DNA from: an uncultured bacterium
GTDB taxonomy: Bacteria; Krumholzibacteriota; Krumholzibacteriia; Krumholzibacteriales; Krumholzibacteriaceae
Length of the DNA: 64,000 bases
Assembly: GCA_963813815.1 (NCBI GenBank)
Contig: CAWFAD010000007.1
Location: forward strand, 403,814-467,813
Reading direction: 5' to 3'
The position numbers and the translations under genes are program-made. Below the pieces are notes generated by a model, which worked only from the letters and a program-made list of their open reading frames with translations, had not been told where the DNA came from and searched no databases. This document shows positions 8,577 to 18,200 of this stretch, in pieces. How positions within the stretch are numbered: the stretch's first letter is position 1; each line of letters opens with the position of its first letter.

Positions 8577-10652
8577 ATGGACCTGTCCATCATCATCGTC
8601 ACCTACAACAGCCGCGCCCCCGTCGAGCGCTGTCTCGCCTCGCTCGAAAGGCATCCCGCCTCGGGGCTCGCCGAGACGATCGTCGTCGACAACGCCTCTT
8701 CCGACGGCACCGCGGAGACGGTGCGCGGGCGATTTCCCGGCGTGCGCGTCGTCGCGAACGCGGAGAACCGGGGATACTCCCGGGGCGTGAACCAGGGCAT
8801 CCATTCCTCGACCGGGCGCCTCATCCTCATTCTCAATCCCGACATCGTCGTCGGCGAGGGTTCGATCGACCGGCTCGCCTCTTTCATGGCGGAACATCCC
8901 GACGCGGGCATCGCCGGGGCCAAGCTCGTGTATCCCGACGGCACGCTCCAGTATTCCGCGCGGGCCTTCTACACGCCGAGCGCGCTCCTCTTCCGCCGGA
9001 CCGTTCTCGGCAGGATGTTCCCGAGGGCGAAGCCGCTCCGCGATCACCTCCTCATGGACGACGGCCATGCCGTCTCCCGCGAGGTCGATTGGATCATCGG
9101 CGCCTGCATGCTCGTGCGGCGCGCGGCGCTCGAACAGGTGGGGGCGATGGACGAGCGCTTCTTCCTCTACTTCGAGGATCTCGACTGGTGCTACCGCATG
9201 AAGCAACGCGGCTGGAAGGTGTGCTACGTTCCCGACTCGGTCATGGTTCATACCTACGAGCGCTCGAGCGCGCGATCCGTTTTCCGCAAGCCCTTCATCA
9301 TTCACATTCTGAGCCTCCTGCGATACTACGAGAAATGGAACCGGCTCTTCTACTTCCTGCGCCGCAATCGAGGGGCGGCCAAGACGCTCGTGCTCGCCGC
9401 CGGCGATCTCGCGGCGTTGAACGCCGCCTTCTTCGCGGCGTACTACGCGCGGGTGCTCGCGCAGCCGTTCTTTACCCACGAGCTCTATCCGGTGAGCTGG
9501 TACGGATCGTTCATGGGCTTCTACAACCTCGTCCTTCTCCTCACTTTTTTCGCCTTCGGGCTCTACGGCGTGCGCCGGGAGACGCCCCCCGAGGAGGAGG
9601 TTCTCCGCGTCGTCCGGGCGGTGTTTCTCGGACTCGTCATTCTCATGGCGGCGACCTACATGAGCAGGGTTCGCATCTATTCGCGCGCGGTCGTCATCGC
9701 TCAGGGGGCGCTCGCGATCGTCCTCGTCTCGCTCTCCCGTCGGGCCATCCGCGCCATGCACGGCACGCTCGTGAGGGCGCGATTCGATCTCAAGCGCGTC
9801 CTCATCGTCGGAACGCGCGAGGAGGCGGCGGCGCTCTCCGAGCAGTTCGCCGGGCTCCCCGAGCTCGGGATCGACGTCGTCGGCTTTCTGGGCGGCTCCG
9901 GAGACGGTCTCGGCGCCATCGCGGACCTGTCGGACGTGGTGGAGCGGTTCACGATTCAGGAGGTCGTCATCTGCGAGTCTCATCAGGGGGACCGGACGCT
10001 CGTGCCCTTTCTCTCGCGGGTGCGCCGCCGCATGATCCAGATAACGATGGTGTCCCCGCTCGCGCGCTTTCTCGGGAGAGGCGCCCGAGTGGAGGAGCTC
10101 GCGGGCCTGCACGTATTTTCCATGGAACGCCGGTCGTATCTCTGGTTCGAGCGCGGCATGAAGAGGCTCTTCGACGGGGCGGCCGGAATCGCCGTCCTTC
10201 CGTTCGCCCTATTTGCCTCCGGCGTCTTCCGGATCTATGGTACACTGACCCGCCGGGTTCGCTTTTTCGCGGAGGCGCGGCGGGGGAGGGGCGGGGACGC
10301 GATTCGGTGGCCGCGAGCCGTCCGCGCGTCGGGGCGCGAAGCGGGAGATCTCGTGAAACCGGCGCTCTGGCTCTCGCTCGTCGTCGGTCGGCTCAGCCTC
10401 GTCGGCCCGCCGGCGCTCCCCGGGGCGCCCGCCGCGGGCCTCGCCGCGGCGCTCGATTCCGTGCGGCCCGGCATCACGGGGCGCTGGCGCATCGCGAGGC
10501 ACGGCGACGCTCGAGAGGCGCTCGAGGAGGAGGCGCTCGCGCTCAGCTCATGGTCCTCGAGCCGGGATCTCGTGATTTTGCTCGCCTCTCTCGGGGGCAT
10601 CTGGTCGGGATCGTATCCGGCGTGGTTCCACGGCAAGGGGGATGCATCGTGA
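8577..10652 (+). CDS. GT2 domain fused to 4TM + Rossmann-like + degenerate WcaJ-type phosphoglycosyltransferase domain
   Basis: N-terminal VDNASSDGT, LNPD, LYFEDLDWC. Central TM helices and VLIVGT. C-terminal KRLFD, SLVGPP, RPGITG. Confidence 0.8.
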   Translation: MDLSIIIVTYNSRAPVERCLASLERHPASGLAETIVVDNASSDGTAETVRGRFPGVRVVANAENRGYSRGVNQGIHSSTGRLILILNPDIVVGEGSIDRLASFMAEHPDAGIAGAKLVYPDGTLQYSARAFYTPSALLFRRTVLGRMFPRAKPLRDHLLMDDGHAVSREVDWIIGACMLVRRAALEQVGAMDERFFLYFEDLDWCYRMKQRGWKVCYVPDSVMVHTYERSSARSVFRKPFIIHILSLLRYYEKWNRLFYFLRRNRGAAKTLVLAAGDLAALNAAFFAAYYARVLAQPFFTHELYPVSWYGSFMGFYNLVLLLTFFAFGLYGVRRETPPEEEVLRVVRAVFLGLVILMAATYMSRVRIYSRAVVIAQGALAIVLVSLSRRAIRAMHGTLVRARFDLKRVLIVGTREEAAALSEQFAGLPELGIDVVGFLGGSGDGLGAIADLSDVVERFTIQEVVICESHQGDRTLVPFLSRVRRRMIQITMVSPLARFLGRGARVEELAGLHVFSMERRSYLWFERGMKRLFDGAAGIAVLPFALFASGVFRIYGTLTRRVRFFAEARRGRGGDAIRWPRAVRASGREAGDLVKPALWLSLVVGRLSLVGPPALPGAPAAGLAAALDSVRPGITGRWRIARHGDAREALEEEALALSSWSSSRDLVILLASLGGIWSGSYPAWFHGKGDAS

Positions 10653-12967
10653 AAAGGCTCGTGATCGCCGCGGCGCTCGCCGCGCTCGCGACGGCGTCGA
10701 CGGCGCGGGGCGTGGGCGGCGACTGGAACATCTGGTGCAACGCGAGCGGCGTCAACCGCATCATGGTCGCCGGCGACTCGCTCTGGTGCGCGACGCGCGG
10801 CGGCATCATGGTCATGAACCTCCTCGACTCGACGTTCGCCCGGCACCTCGACGGCCTCGGGTTCCTGTCGACGGACGTCACGGCGATCGCGATCGACCGC
10901 CGCGGGAGCGTCTGGGCGGGATTCACGACGACGGGAGCGGCGCGAATCGACCGCTTCGCGCCCGACGCGATCGTAAAGCTCTACGGCTCCGCGATCGACG
11001 GGCTGCTGAGCGACAGCGTCACCTGTCTCGCCGTCGCGGGAGACGACGTCTACTACGGCTCGCGTTCCGGCGTGGCCAAATTCTACGAGAATCTGCATTC
11101 CTACGAGACGGTGCTCACCGACAGCCTCGAGGGCGTGCCGGTGCACGATCTCCTCGTCCGGGACGACACGCTTTTCGTCGCCTGCGAACGGGGCGTGGCG
11201 CGATTCAACCGTCTTACCTTCGCCTACCGGCTCGACCGGATCGGCAAGTCGGTGTCCCTCTGCGTCCACGAGGGCGCGGTGCACGCCGCGACGGAGTTCG
11301 GCGTGCAGCGTCTCGCCGGCTCGTCGTGGACGTCGCTCGGCTTGCCCGGGGGATACGCGCCGCTCGCGGTGGCGGCAGGCTCGGGGGCGCTCCACTCGAT
11401 CACCGAGGGGCGGGCCTTTTCCTGGAGCGGATCGTCGTGGATCGAGATCACGGCGGATATGAAGACGACGCTGAGCGAGCGTTACAAGATCTTTTCGCAG
11501 TTCAACGTGCCGCGCACGATCGCCGTCGACCGTCGCGGCACGCTCTGGCTCGGGGGGGTCGCGTTTCAGCTCGACCGCGGCGCCTACCTTTTCCACTACG
11601 ACGGCGGCGGCTGGATCAACGAAGCCCCCGTGGAGCTCTCGCAGAGCGGCGTCCTCGCCCTCTCCCTCGAGCAGGGCGGGGAGCCTTGGGTGAGCACGAA
11701 GCATTTCGGAGTGAGCGTGCGGCGCGACGACGACACGTGGCTGCAGTACACGAAGCTCCGCACCGTGTCGGATCCCGAGGGGTTTTCGTACTTTTCCTTC
11801 ATGCTCGCCTTTCTCCTCGATTCGCAGGGGTATCTCTGGTGCAACGTGATCGGGAACGACCTCGACCGGGTCGCGGTGAACGACCCGGCGGTGCAGGACG
11901 ACGACGTGTGGACGCACTACGCCCTCAACACGGGAACGATCACGTCGAACCGGTACGTGAAAATCAGGGAGGATCCCGCCGGTAACCGCTGGTTCCTCTC
12001 CCATGACGAGGTTGCGGGAATGTGGGGCGTCGATATCCTGAGCGCGGACGGGGCGCACTGGCTCGCCGTCAACCCCTCGATCGAGCCCCGGATGGCGGGG
12101 GGAAACGTGTTCGACGTGGCCTTCGGGGCCAACGGCACGGCGTATCTCGCGCTCCGGAACTACGGGCTGCAGGCGTGGGTGACGGGGGGGTACGATTGGA
12201 CCAATCTGAGCGCTCTCGCCGGCGACTCGTGGTCGACGCTCCTGGGCCCCGACGATCTCGCGAGCAAGACGATCTACTGCTGCGAGCGCGGGACCGACGG
12301 AACGGTCTGGCTCGGCACGGCGAGCGGCCTCGTCCGCTACCGTTCGGGCGCCGTCGATTCCTTCACCGTTAAAACCGAGCCGGGGGAACAAGGACTCCTC
12401 GGGGCCCTCGTCTACGATCTCGAGTACGACGGCGGGGGCAATCTCTGGGTCGCGACGGACCAGGGGTTGAACCGTATCGATGGCGAAGACGCCATCGCCG
12501 CCTACACGACCTACGACGCCTGGGACGGGAACCTGTACGCGAGCTCGGTCATTTCGCCGCTTCCCTCGGCGGTGTGCCAGGCGCTCGCGTACGACGCCGA
12601 CGCCGATCTTCTCTGGGTCGGCACGGCGAACGGATTGGCGCGGCTCGACGTTGCGCCGCCGGAGGCGGTCGTCATCCCGCTCTCGCGGATGATCCTCTAT
12701 CCCAATCCGGTGCATTTGGCGCGGGGGGACGTCGCGCTCCGCGTCGGCCGCATTTCCTCGCCGGTCTCGATCCGCGTGTACACGGTCGAGGGGGAGCTCG
12801 TGCACGAGATCGACGGCGTGGCGGACGGCGAGGTGGCCTGGGATCTTCTCACCCTGAGCGGGTTCAAGGCGACCTCGGGAATTTACATCGTCAGGGTGAG
12901 CGAGAGAGGCCCCGACGGAACGAGCGGGACGTCCGTCGAAACGAGAAAGATAGCCGTCATTCGATGA
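10649..12967 (+). CDS. Secreted beta-propeller protein, PorZ-like, with T9SS-type C-terminal Ig-like domain
   Basis: GTGA overlap; signal peptide MKRLVIAAALAALA. Repeated LW.AT..GL and D..GNLWV blades. C-terminal YPNPV...IRVYTVEGELV...WD.....SGIYIVRV...KIAVIR. Confidence 0.72.
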   Translation: MKRLVIAAALAALATASTARGVGGDWNIWCNASGVNRIMVAGDSLWCATRGGIMVMNLLDSTFARHLDGLGFLSTDVTAIAIDRRGSVWAGFTTTGAARIDRFAPDAIVKLYGSAIDGLLSDSVTCLAVAGDDVYYGSRSGVAKFYENLHSYETVLTDSLEGVPVHDLLVRDDTLFVACERGVARFNRLTFAYRLDRIGKSVSLCVHEGAVHAATEFGVQRLAGSSWTSLGLPGGYAPLAVAAGSGALHSITEGRAFSWSGSSWIEITADMKTTLSERYKIFSQFNVPRTIAVDRRGTLWLGGVAFQLDRGAYLFHYDGGGWINEAPVELSQSGVLALSLEQGGEPWVSTKHFGVSVRRDDDTWLQYTKLRTVSDPEGFSYFSFMLAFLLDSQGYLWCNVIGNDLDRVAVNDPAVQDDDVWTHYALNTGTITSNRYVKIREDPAGNRWFLSHDEVAGMWGVDILSADGAHWLAVNPSIEPRMAGGNVFDVAFGANGTAYLALRNYGLQAWVTGGYDWTNLSALAGDSWSTLLGPDDLASKTIYCCERGTDGTVWLGTASGLVRYRSGAVDSFTVKTEPGEQGLLGALVYDLEYDGGGNLWVATDQGLNRIDGEDAIAAYTTYDAWDGNLYASSVISPLPSAVCQALAYDADADLLWVGTANGLARLDVAPPEAVVIPLSRMILYPNPVHLARGDVALRVGRISSPVSIRVYTVEGELVHEIDGVADGEVAWDLLTLSGFKATSGIYIVRVSERGPDGTSGTSVETRKIAVIR

Positions 12968-14427
12968 GCGAGTGCGCGGAGAAACGGATCCTCATCGTCG
13001 GCGCGGGAGAGGCCGCGCGGATGGTCGCCGACGAGATCGCGGCCCATCCCGAGCTCGCCTCGCGCGCCGTCGGGTACCTCGACGACGCGCCGGAGCTCGT
13101 CGGCCGGACGATCGCCGGAGTTCCCGTGCTCGGCCGCACGGAGGAGCTCGAGGATGTCGTTCTGCGGGAGAAGGCGGGCGAGGTCATCATCGCCATCCCG
13201 ACGGCGCGAGGGGCGTTCGTTCGTGGAATGATCAAGCGCTGCCGGCGCGCCGGAGTGCCGTTCAAGATCGTGCCGGGAGTCATGGAGATCATCACGGGGG
13301 AAGTGCGGATCGATCAGATCCGCGAGGTCCGCGTCGAGGATCTCATGGGGAGGGAGACGGTCGATCTCGATCCCGGCCCCGCGCGCGGCGTCATCGCCGG
13401 AAAGCCGGTGCTCGTCACCGGCGCCGGAGGCTCGATCGGAGGCGAGCTCTGCCGCCAGATCGCTCGCGTCGGCCCCCGGTCGCTCCTACTGCTCGGGCGG
13501 GGGGAGAACCGCATCTTCGAGATCGAGGACGAGCTTCGCTCGGCGTACCCGTGCCTCGAAATCAGAACGTGCATCACCGATCTCCGCGACCGGGAGCGGA
13601 CGCGCCGCATCGTGCGCGAGTACGCCCCGGAGGTCATCTACCACGCCGCGGCGCACAAACACGTTCACTACATGGAGCGCGATCCAGAGGAGGCGGTGAC
13701 GAACAACGTCGAGGCGAGCGTTCATCTCGTGCGCGCCGCCGAGGAGTTCGGCGTTTCCCGGTTCGTGTTCATCTCGACCGACAAGGCCGCGAGCCCCCGC
13801 GGCGTCATGGGGGCGACGAAGCGGATCTTCGAGGGGTACCTGCGGGCGCGGAGCGCCGCGAGCCCCGCACGCCTCATCGCGGTGCGGTTCGGCAACGTCA
13901 TCGGGAGCACGGGGAGCGTGGTTCCCCTCTTTCTCAAGCAGATCCGCCGCGGGGGGCCCGTCACGGTCAGCGATCCCCGCGCCACGCGCTACTTCATGAC
14001 GGTGCGGGAGGCGGCGCTGCTCGTCATCCGCGCCTCGATGATCGGGAAGGGCGGAGAGATTTTCATACTCGACATGGGAGAGGCGCTCAACATGCTCGAG
14101 GTCGCTCAGGATCTCATCATGCTGGCCGGCTACGAGCCCGGGACGGAGATTCCGATCGTCGTCACGGGGCTCCGCGACGGAGAGAAGATCCACGAAACGC
14201 TCGTCGGAGCGGACGAGCGGCTCCGTCCCGCGGGCGAGGAAAAGCTCTTTATCGCCGAGCAGGGCCGTCCCCTGCCGGCGGGATTCGAGGCCGGCGTCGA
14301 CGAGCTCATCGCGTTCGCCCGCGCCGGCGACCGCCCGCGCGTGCTCGAGCGCATGGCGTCGCTCGTCCCGGGATTCGGCGGGGACGGCGGTCCGGACGAC
14401 GGGGAATGCGCCGGCACGGGGCGATGA
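12964..14427 (+). CDS. Nucleoside-diphosphate sugar 4,6-dehydratase, PglF/CapD family (no N-terminal TM domain)
   Basis: LIVGAGEAA, EDLMGRE, VTGAGGSIGGE, HAAAHKHV, STDKA, MGATKR, VRFGNVIGS.GSV. Confidence 0.9.
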   Translation: MSECAEKRILIVGAGEAARMVADEIAAHPELASRAVGYLDDAPELVGRTIAGVPVLGRTEELEDVVLREKAGEVIIAIPTARGAFVRGMIKRCRRAGVPFKIVPGVMEIITGEVRIDQIREVRVEDLMGRETVDLDPGPARGVIAGKPVLVTGAGGSIGGELCRQIARVGPRSLLLLGRGENRIFEIEDELRSAYPCLEIRTCITDLRDRERTRRIVREYAPEVIYHAAAHKHVHYMERDPEEAVTNNVEASVHLVRAAEEFGVSRFVFISTDKAASPRGVMGATKRIFEGYLRARSAASPARLIAVRFGNVIGSTGSVVPLFLKQIRRGGPVTVSDPRATRYFMTVREAALLVIRASMIGKGGEIFILDMGEALNMLEVAQDLIMLAGYEPGTEIPIVVTGLRDGEKIHETLVGADERLRPAGEEKLFIAEQGRPLPAGFEAGVDELIAFARAGDRPRVLERMASLVPGFGGDGGPDDGECAGTGR

Positions 14428-14434
14428 GGCGCCG

Positions 14435-15391
14435 GTGATGGGAGAATCCCGCAATCGACCAGCGCCGGACGAGATCGAGAGCTTCGCGCGCGCCCACCCG
14501 GAGGCGACCTTCTTTCATACCGCCGCATGGCTCGAGCCGCTCGCGGCCTCTTTCCCCCGGTACGACATATTCTGGCTCGCCGAGCGCGAGGGCGGAGCGC
14601 TCGCGGGGGCCATGCCCGTCGCGCGGGTCCCCCGGGGCCCCTTCCATCATCTTTTGTCGCTTCCCTTCGGCGCCTACGGCGATCCCCTCGCGTTGAGCGC
14701 CGGCGCGCGGGAGGCTCTCTTCGAGCGGTTTTTCGCGCAGGCCCGCTCGCCGCTATGCCTCACGGCGTCGATCCATCTCTTCGGCGGCCGGATTCCAGCG
14801 GCGCTGCCGCGCGGCGCCGCGATCCGCACGGAGGAGTGCCGCCTCGTGCCGCTCGCCGGCGGCATCGAGGAGGTATGGAACCGGGCGAGCGGCAAACGGC
14901 GCCAGCTCGCCCGACGGGGGGAGCGCGCCGGGCTCGCCGTCCGCTTCCTCGAAAGCGAAGAAGAGGTCCGGCGGTTTCACGCGATCTACGCGGCCGAATC
15001 GAGGGGCTGGGGAGGGATTCATCCGTACCCGGAGCGGCTCTTCATCGAGCTCTGGAGGCGCCGCGCGGAAGGCGTGGCCATGACCGGCGCCTTTCTCGGG
15101 GTCGAGCTGCTCGGCGGCCACGTCGACTTCTTTCACGGCGCGATGGGGCAGGCGTGGCAAGGGGGGATGACGCCCCGTGCGAACGAATACGAGGCGGCCT
15201 CTCTCTGCATACGGCGGGCGATGGCGGAGGCATGCGATCGGGGCATGCCGACCTTCAATCTCGGCTCGAGCGCGGGGGAGCGGGGCATCGTCTTTTTCAA
15301 GGAATCGCTCGGCGGAGTCGAGCACCGCTATCCCGTCGTGACGATGCGGGGCGCCGCGGGACGGCTTCTCGGCGGGAGGCGCGGACGGTGA
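14435..15391 (+). CDS. GNAT-fold protein (FemAB/CelD-like)
   Basis: ATFFHT..W, SLPFG.YG, FNLGSS, FFKESLGG. Confidence 0.75.
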   Translation: MMGESRNRPAPDEIESFARAHPEATFFHTAAWLEPLAASFPRYDIFWLAEREGGALAGAMPVARVPRGPFHHLLSLPFGAYGDPLALSAGAREALFERFFAQARSPLCLTASIHLFGGRIPAALPRGAAIRTEECRLVPLAGGIEEVWNRASGKRRQLARRGERAGLAVRFLESEEEVRRFHAIYAAESRGWGGIHPYPERLFIELWRRRAEGVAMTGAFLGVELLGGHVDFFHGAMGQAWQGGMTPRANEYEAASLCIRRAMAEACDRGMPTFNLGSSAGERGIVFFKESLGGVEHRYPVVTMRGAAGRLLGGRRGR

Positions 15392-16908
15392 CGAAGTCGA
15401 GGATCACCGAGAACACGATCTTCCTCACGGCGAGCGGCGCGGCGAGCGTGGTCTTCACGCTCGCACAGCTCGCGCTGCTGAGCCGTTTCATGAGCGTGAA
15501 CGAGTTCGGCCTGTTCGTCACGCTCCGGGGCTTTTCCCTGCTGCTCGCGACGGTCGTTCTCGTCGGTCTTCCGCAGGTGCTCGTGCGGTTTCTTCCGACC
15601 TTCGCGGTGCGCGGCAGAGGCAGCCGGTCGATAGCGATTTTCATCGGAGCGGCGGCGCTCGTCACGGCGCTCGGCGTCGCTCTGCAGGGGACCTCCGGGC
15701 TCTGGAGCCGGCTGCTGCCGGAACCCGTGCGCGCGCTTCAGGGCTCCAGCGCGCTCATGCTCTGGATCACGCTCTCGTCCGTCACGCTCGCGCTCAAGAT
15801 GCTCCTCTACGGAGGATTCAACGGGCTGCGGGAGATGCGGATGCAGATGCTCCTCGAGCTCGTCTACCTTTTCCTTCTCACCGCCTATTTCGTGTACGAC
15901 CGCGAGCGGCTCGACGTCACCTTCATCTTCGCGGCCATGTTTTTTCTGAACGGGGCGGTATTCGCCGCCGGGGTGCCCGTGTTCATCCGGATGGCGCAGG
16001 ACTCGGCCGAAAGCGCCCCGGCGCGCGGAAGCGGGATCGTCGTGCCGAACCTATTCGCGTACTGGGCCGGCTCGCTCTGCCTCAGCGTCGTCGCGCTCGC
16101 CTTCACCGACGTCGACCGCTTCGTGATGTCCTCCGTGCTGCCGATGGCGGCGATCTCGCTCTTCCACGTGGCGTCCCGCGTCGACGCGCTCCTCAAGCGG
16201 TTCCTCGCCCTGCCCGTGCTCGCCGCGCAGCCCGAGATCACCCGGGTCTACGAGGAAGGGCGGTGGCCGGACATCGCCTCGCGGATCGGGCTCTTCACGA
16301 AGGGAATGGTCGTCGCGGCGCTCTTCTGCACGGCGCTCTTCGCCGTGATAGGAAGGGACATCATCGTGCTTCTGTCGGGGAGCGGCTACGCCGGGGCGTA
16401 CCGGGTCTTTCTCGTTTTGTTGATCACGGTGCCGTTCGCGGCGGTGGCCGCGCCGCTTCTCGCGACGATGCGCTCTCTCCATTTCATGCGCTGGGCGGTT
16501 TTCTGCGATTTCGTCTGGATGGCGGTCTACTTCGGGACGTTTTTCTTCTTCGCGTCGGCCCTCGGGCCCGAGGGAATGGCCGCGGCTCAGGTCGCGGCCT
16601 CGGTCGTGCAGGCGGCGGCCGCGGTATCGCTCGCGAGGCGCGGCGGCTTCTTCGACGGCGCGGGGCCGCGGGTCGGCCGCGTCCTCCTGGTCCTCGTCCC
16701 GGCGACCGCCTGCGGCATGCTCGTCACTTCCCGCGTGCCGCTCTACGCCTCGATCGTCATACTCGCCCTCGCCCCCGCGGGGGCCCGCGCGATGCTCCGC
16801 TCTCTCCGGGTCTTCGACGCCGCCGAGAGGGAGCGGATTCTCGCCCTCGTCACGGTCCCGGCGGGAAGGAGGTTCGCGTCGTGGATGCTCTCCGCGGGCG
16901 GCCGCTGA
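15388..16908 (+). CDS. Oligosaccharide flippase (Wzx/MATE-like)
   Basis: GTGA overlap; about 12-14 hydrophobic segments; SRFMSVNEFG and DVDRFVM match the Wzx pattern. Confidence 0.8.
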   Translation: MTKSRITENTIFLTASGAASVVFTLAQLALLSRFMSVNEFGLFVTLRGFSLLLATVVLVGLPQVLVRFLPTFAVRGRGSRSIAIFIGAAALVTALGVALQGTSGLWSRLLPEPVRALQGSSALMLWITLSSVTLALKMLLYGGFNGLREMRMQMLLELVYLFLLTAYFVYDRERLDVTFIFAAMFFLNGAVFAAGVPVFIRMAQDSAESAPARGSGIVVPNLFAYWAGSLCLSVVALAFTDVDRFVMSSVLPMAAISLFHVASRVDALLKRFLALPVLAAQPEITRVYEEGRWPDIASRIGLFTKGMVVAALFCTALFAVIGRDIIVLLSGSGYAGAYRVFLVLLITVPFAAVAAPLLATMRSLHFMRWAVFCDFVWMAVYFGTFFFFASALGPEGMAAAQVAASVVQAAAAVSLARRGGFFDGAGPRVGRVLLVLVPATACGMLVTSRVPLYASIVILALAPAGARAMLRSLRVFDAAERERILALVTVPAGRRFASWMLSAGGR

Positions 16909-18200
16909 CGCACCGGCGTCTTCTCATGATCATCAATTTTTTCCCGCCGGCGGGCGGAGGGGGCGTCTATCGGCCCCTTTCGTTCGTGAAGTATCTCGCG
17001 CGGCTCGGCTGGGAGATCACGGTGGTCACGCCGCGTCCGGGGGAGTTCTGGATATCCGATCCCGGGCTCGAGCGCGAAGTGCCCCCTTCCGTGCGCGTCG
17101 TCCGCACGTCGTCCTTCTCCGGGTTCCGCCTGCTCGGGTTTCTTCGAGCGGGGAAGGGGCGGGGAGGGTCGAGGCGGTCGTCGGGCGGCTTCGGAGCGCT
17201 GAGAAGGCTCGGCGAGCTCGTGCTCGTTCCCGACACGTACGCGGGATGGGTTCCGTTCGCCGCGAGAGCGGCGGGACGCCTTGCCTCTTCCGGGGGGTTC
17301 GACGCCGTGTACTCGACGAGCCCTCCCGACAGCGCTCATCTCGCCGCGATGATGGTCGCCCGCGGTCGCCGCCTGCCGTGGGTCGCCGACTTCCGCGATC
17401 CGTGGATCAATCTCCACCTGCGCAAACCCCCGACCCCGGTCCACCGTTTGCTCCACGAGCGCATGGAGAGGGCGGTGTCGCGGGCAGACCTCGTCCTCGT
17501 CACGTCCGAAGCGCATGAGTCGCAGCTCCGGCGGCGCTACCCGTCGAGCCGCGTCGAGCGCATCCCGAACGGGTACGACGAGGAGGATTTCGCCGGAGAG
17601 GGCACGCCGCGCCCGCCGGCGGAGCCGTTCACCGTCACGCACTGCGGCATGCTGACCCTCGGACGGAGCGTGCAGCCCTTTCTCGAGGGGCTCGCCGAGC
17701 TCGAGCGGCGCGCGCCGGCCAAGGTGGAGGCGATGCGCGTCGTCTTCATTGGCGCCCGGGAGACGGCGAACGAGGAGACGGCGAGACGGCTCGGGCTTGC
17801 GGCCCGCGTCCGTTTCGAGGATAATCTGCCGCATCGCGAGGTCGTTCGTCGCGAGCGCGAGAGCCACGTTCTGCTCCTCGTCAAGCACGACGACGAGCGC
17901 TACCGCGGTCTCGTTCCGGGAAAGCTGTACGAATACATCGGCGCCCGGCGGCCGATCCTCGCCGTCGCCCAGGAGGGGGAAGCGGCGCGCATCGTCGCCG
18001 GTCTCCGGCGGGGCGAGGTCGCCGCTATCGACGATCCAAAGGACGTGGCGGCGAAGCTCGAGCTGCTGTACGACCGCTGGCGCGCCGGCGCGCTCGAGAG
18101 CCGTTACGATCTCCGCGAGGCGCCGGAGCTCAGCCGTCGCGCCGCGGCGGAGAGGCTCGGAGCGCTCCTCGACGCGCTCGTGAGGGAGCCATGCAGATAA
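16881..18200 (+). CDS. GT4 glycosyltransferase
   Basis: AAGGAGG 8 nt before GTG 16881. FPPAGGGGV.R, STSPP, ADFRDPW, IPNGYD, PGKLYEY. Confidence 0.88.
   Translation: MDALRGRPLTHRRLLMIINFFPPAGGGGVYRPLSFVKYLARLGWEITVVTPRPGEFWISDPGLEREVPPSVRVVRTSSFSGFRLLGFLRAGKGRGGSRRSSGGFGALRRLGELVLVPDTYAGWVPFAARAAGRLASSGGFDAVYSTSPPDSAHLAAMMVARGRRLPWVADFRDPWINLHLRKPPTPVHRLLHERMERAVSRADLVLVTSEAHESQLRRRYPSSRVERIPNGYDEEDFAGEGTPRPPAEPFTVTHCGMLTLGRSVQPFLEGLAELERRAPAKVEAMRVVFIGARETANEETARRLGLAARVRFEDNLPHREVVRRERESHVLLLVKHDDERYRGLVPGKLYEYIGARRPILAVAQEGEAARIVAGLRRGEVAAIDDPKDVAAKLELLYDRWRAGALESRYDLREAPELSRRAAAERLGALLDALVREPCR

Noticed and set aside
8318..12967. 1549-aa giant protein
   Set aside because: The first ~780 aa overlap other genes out of frame; the real start is GTG 10649 with a signal peptide.
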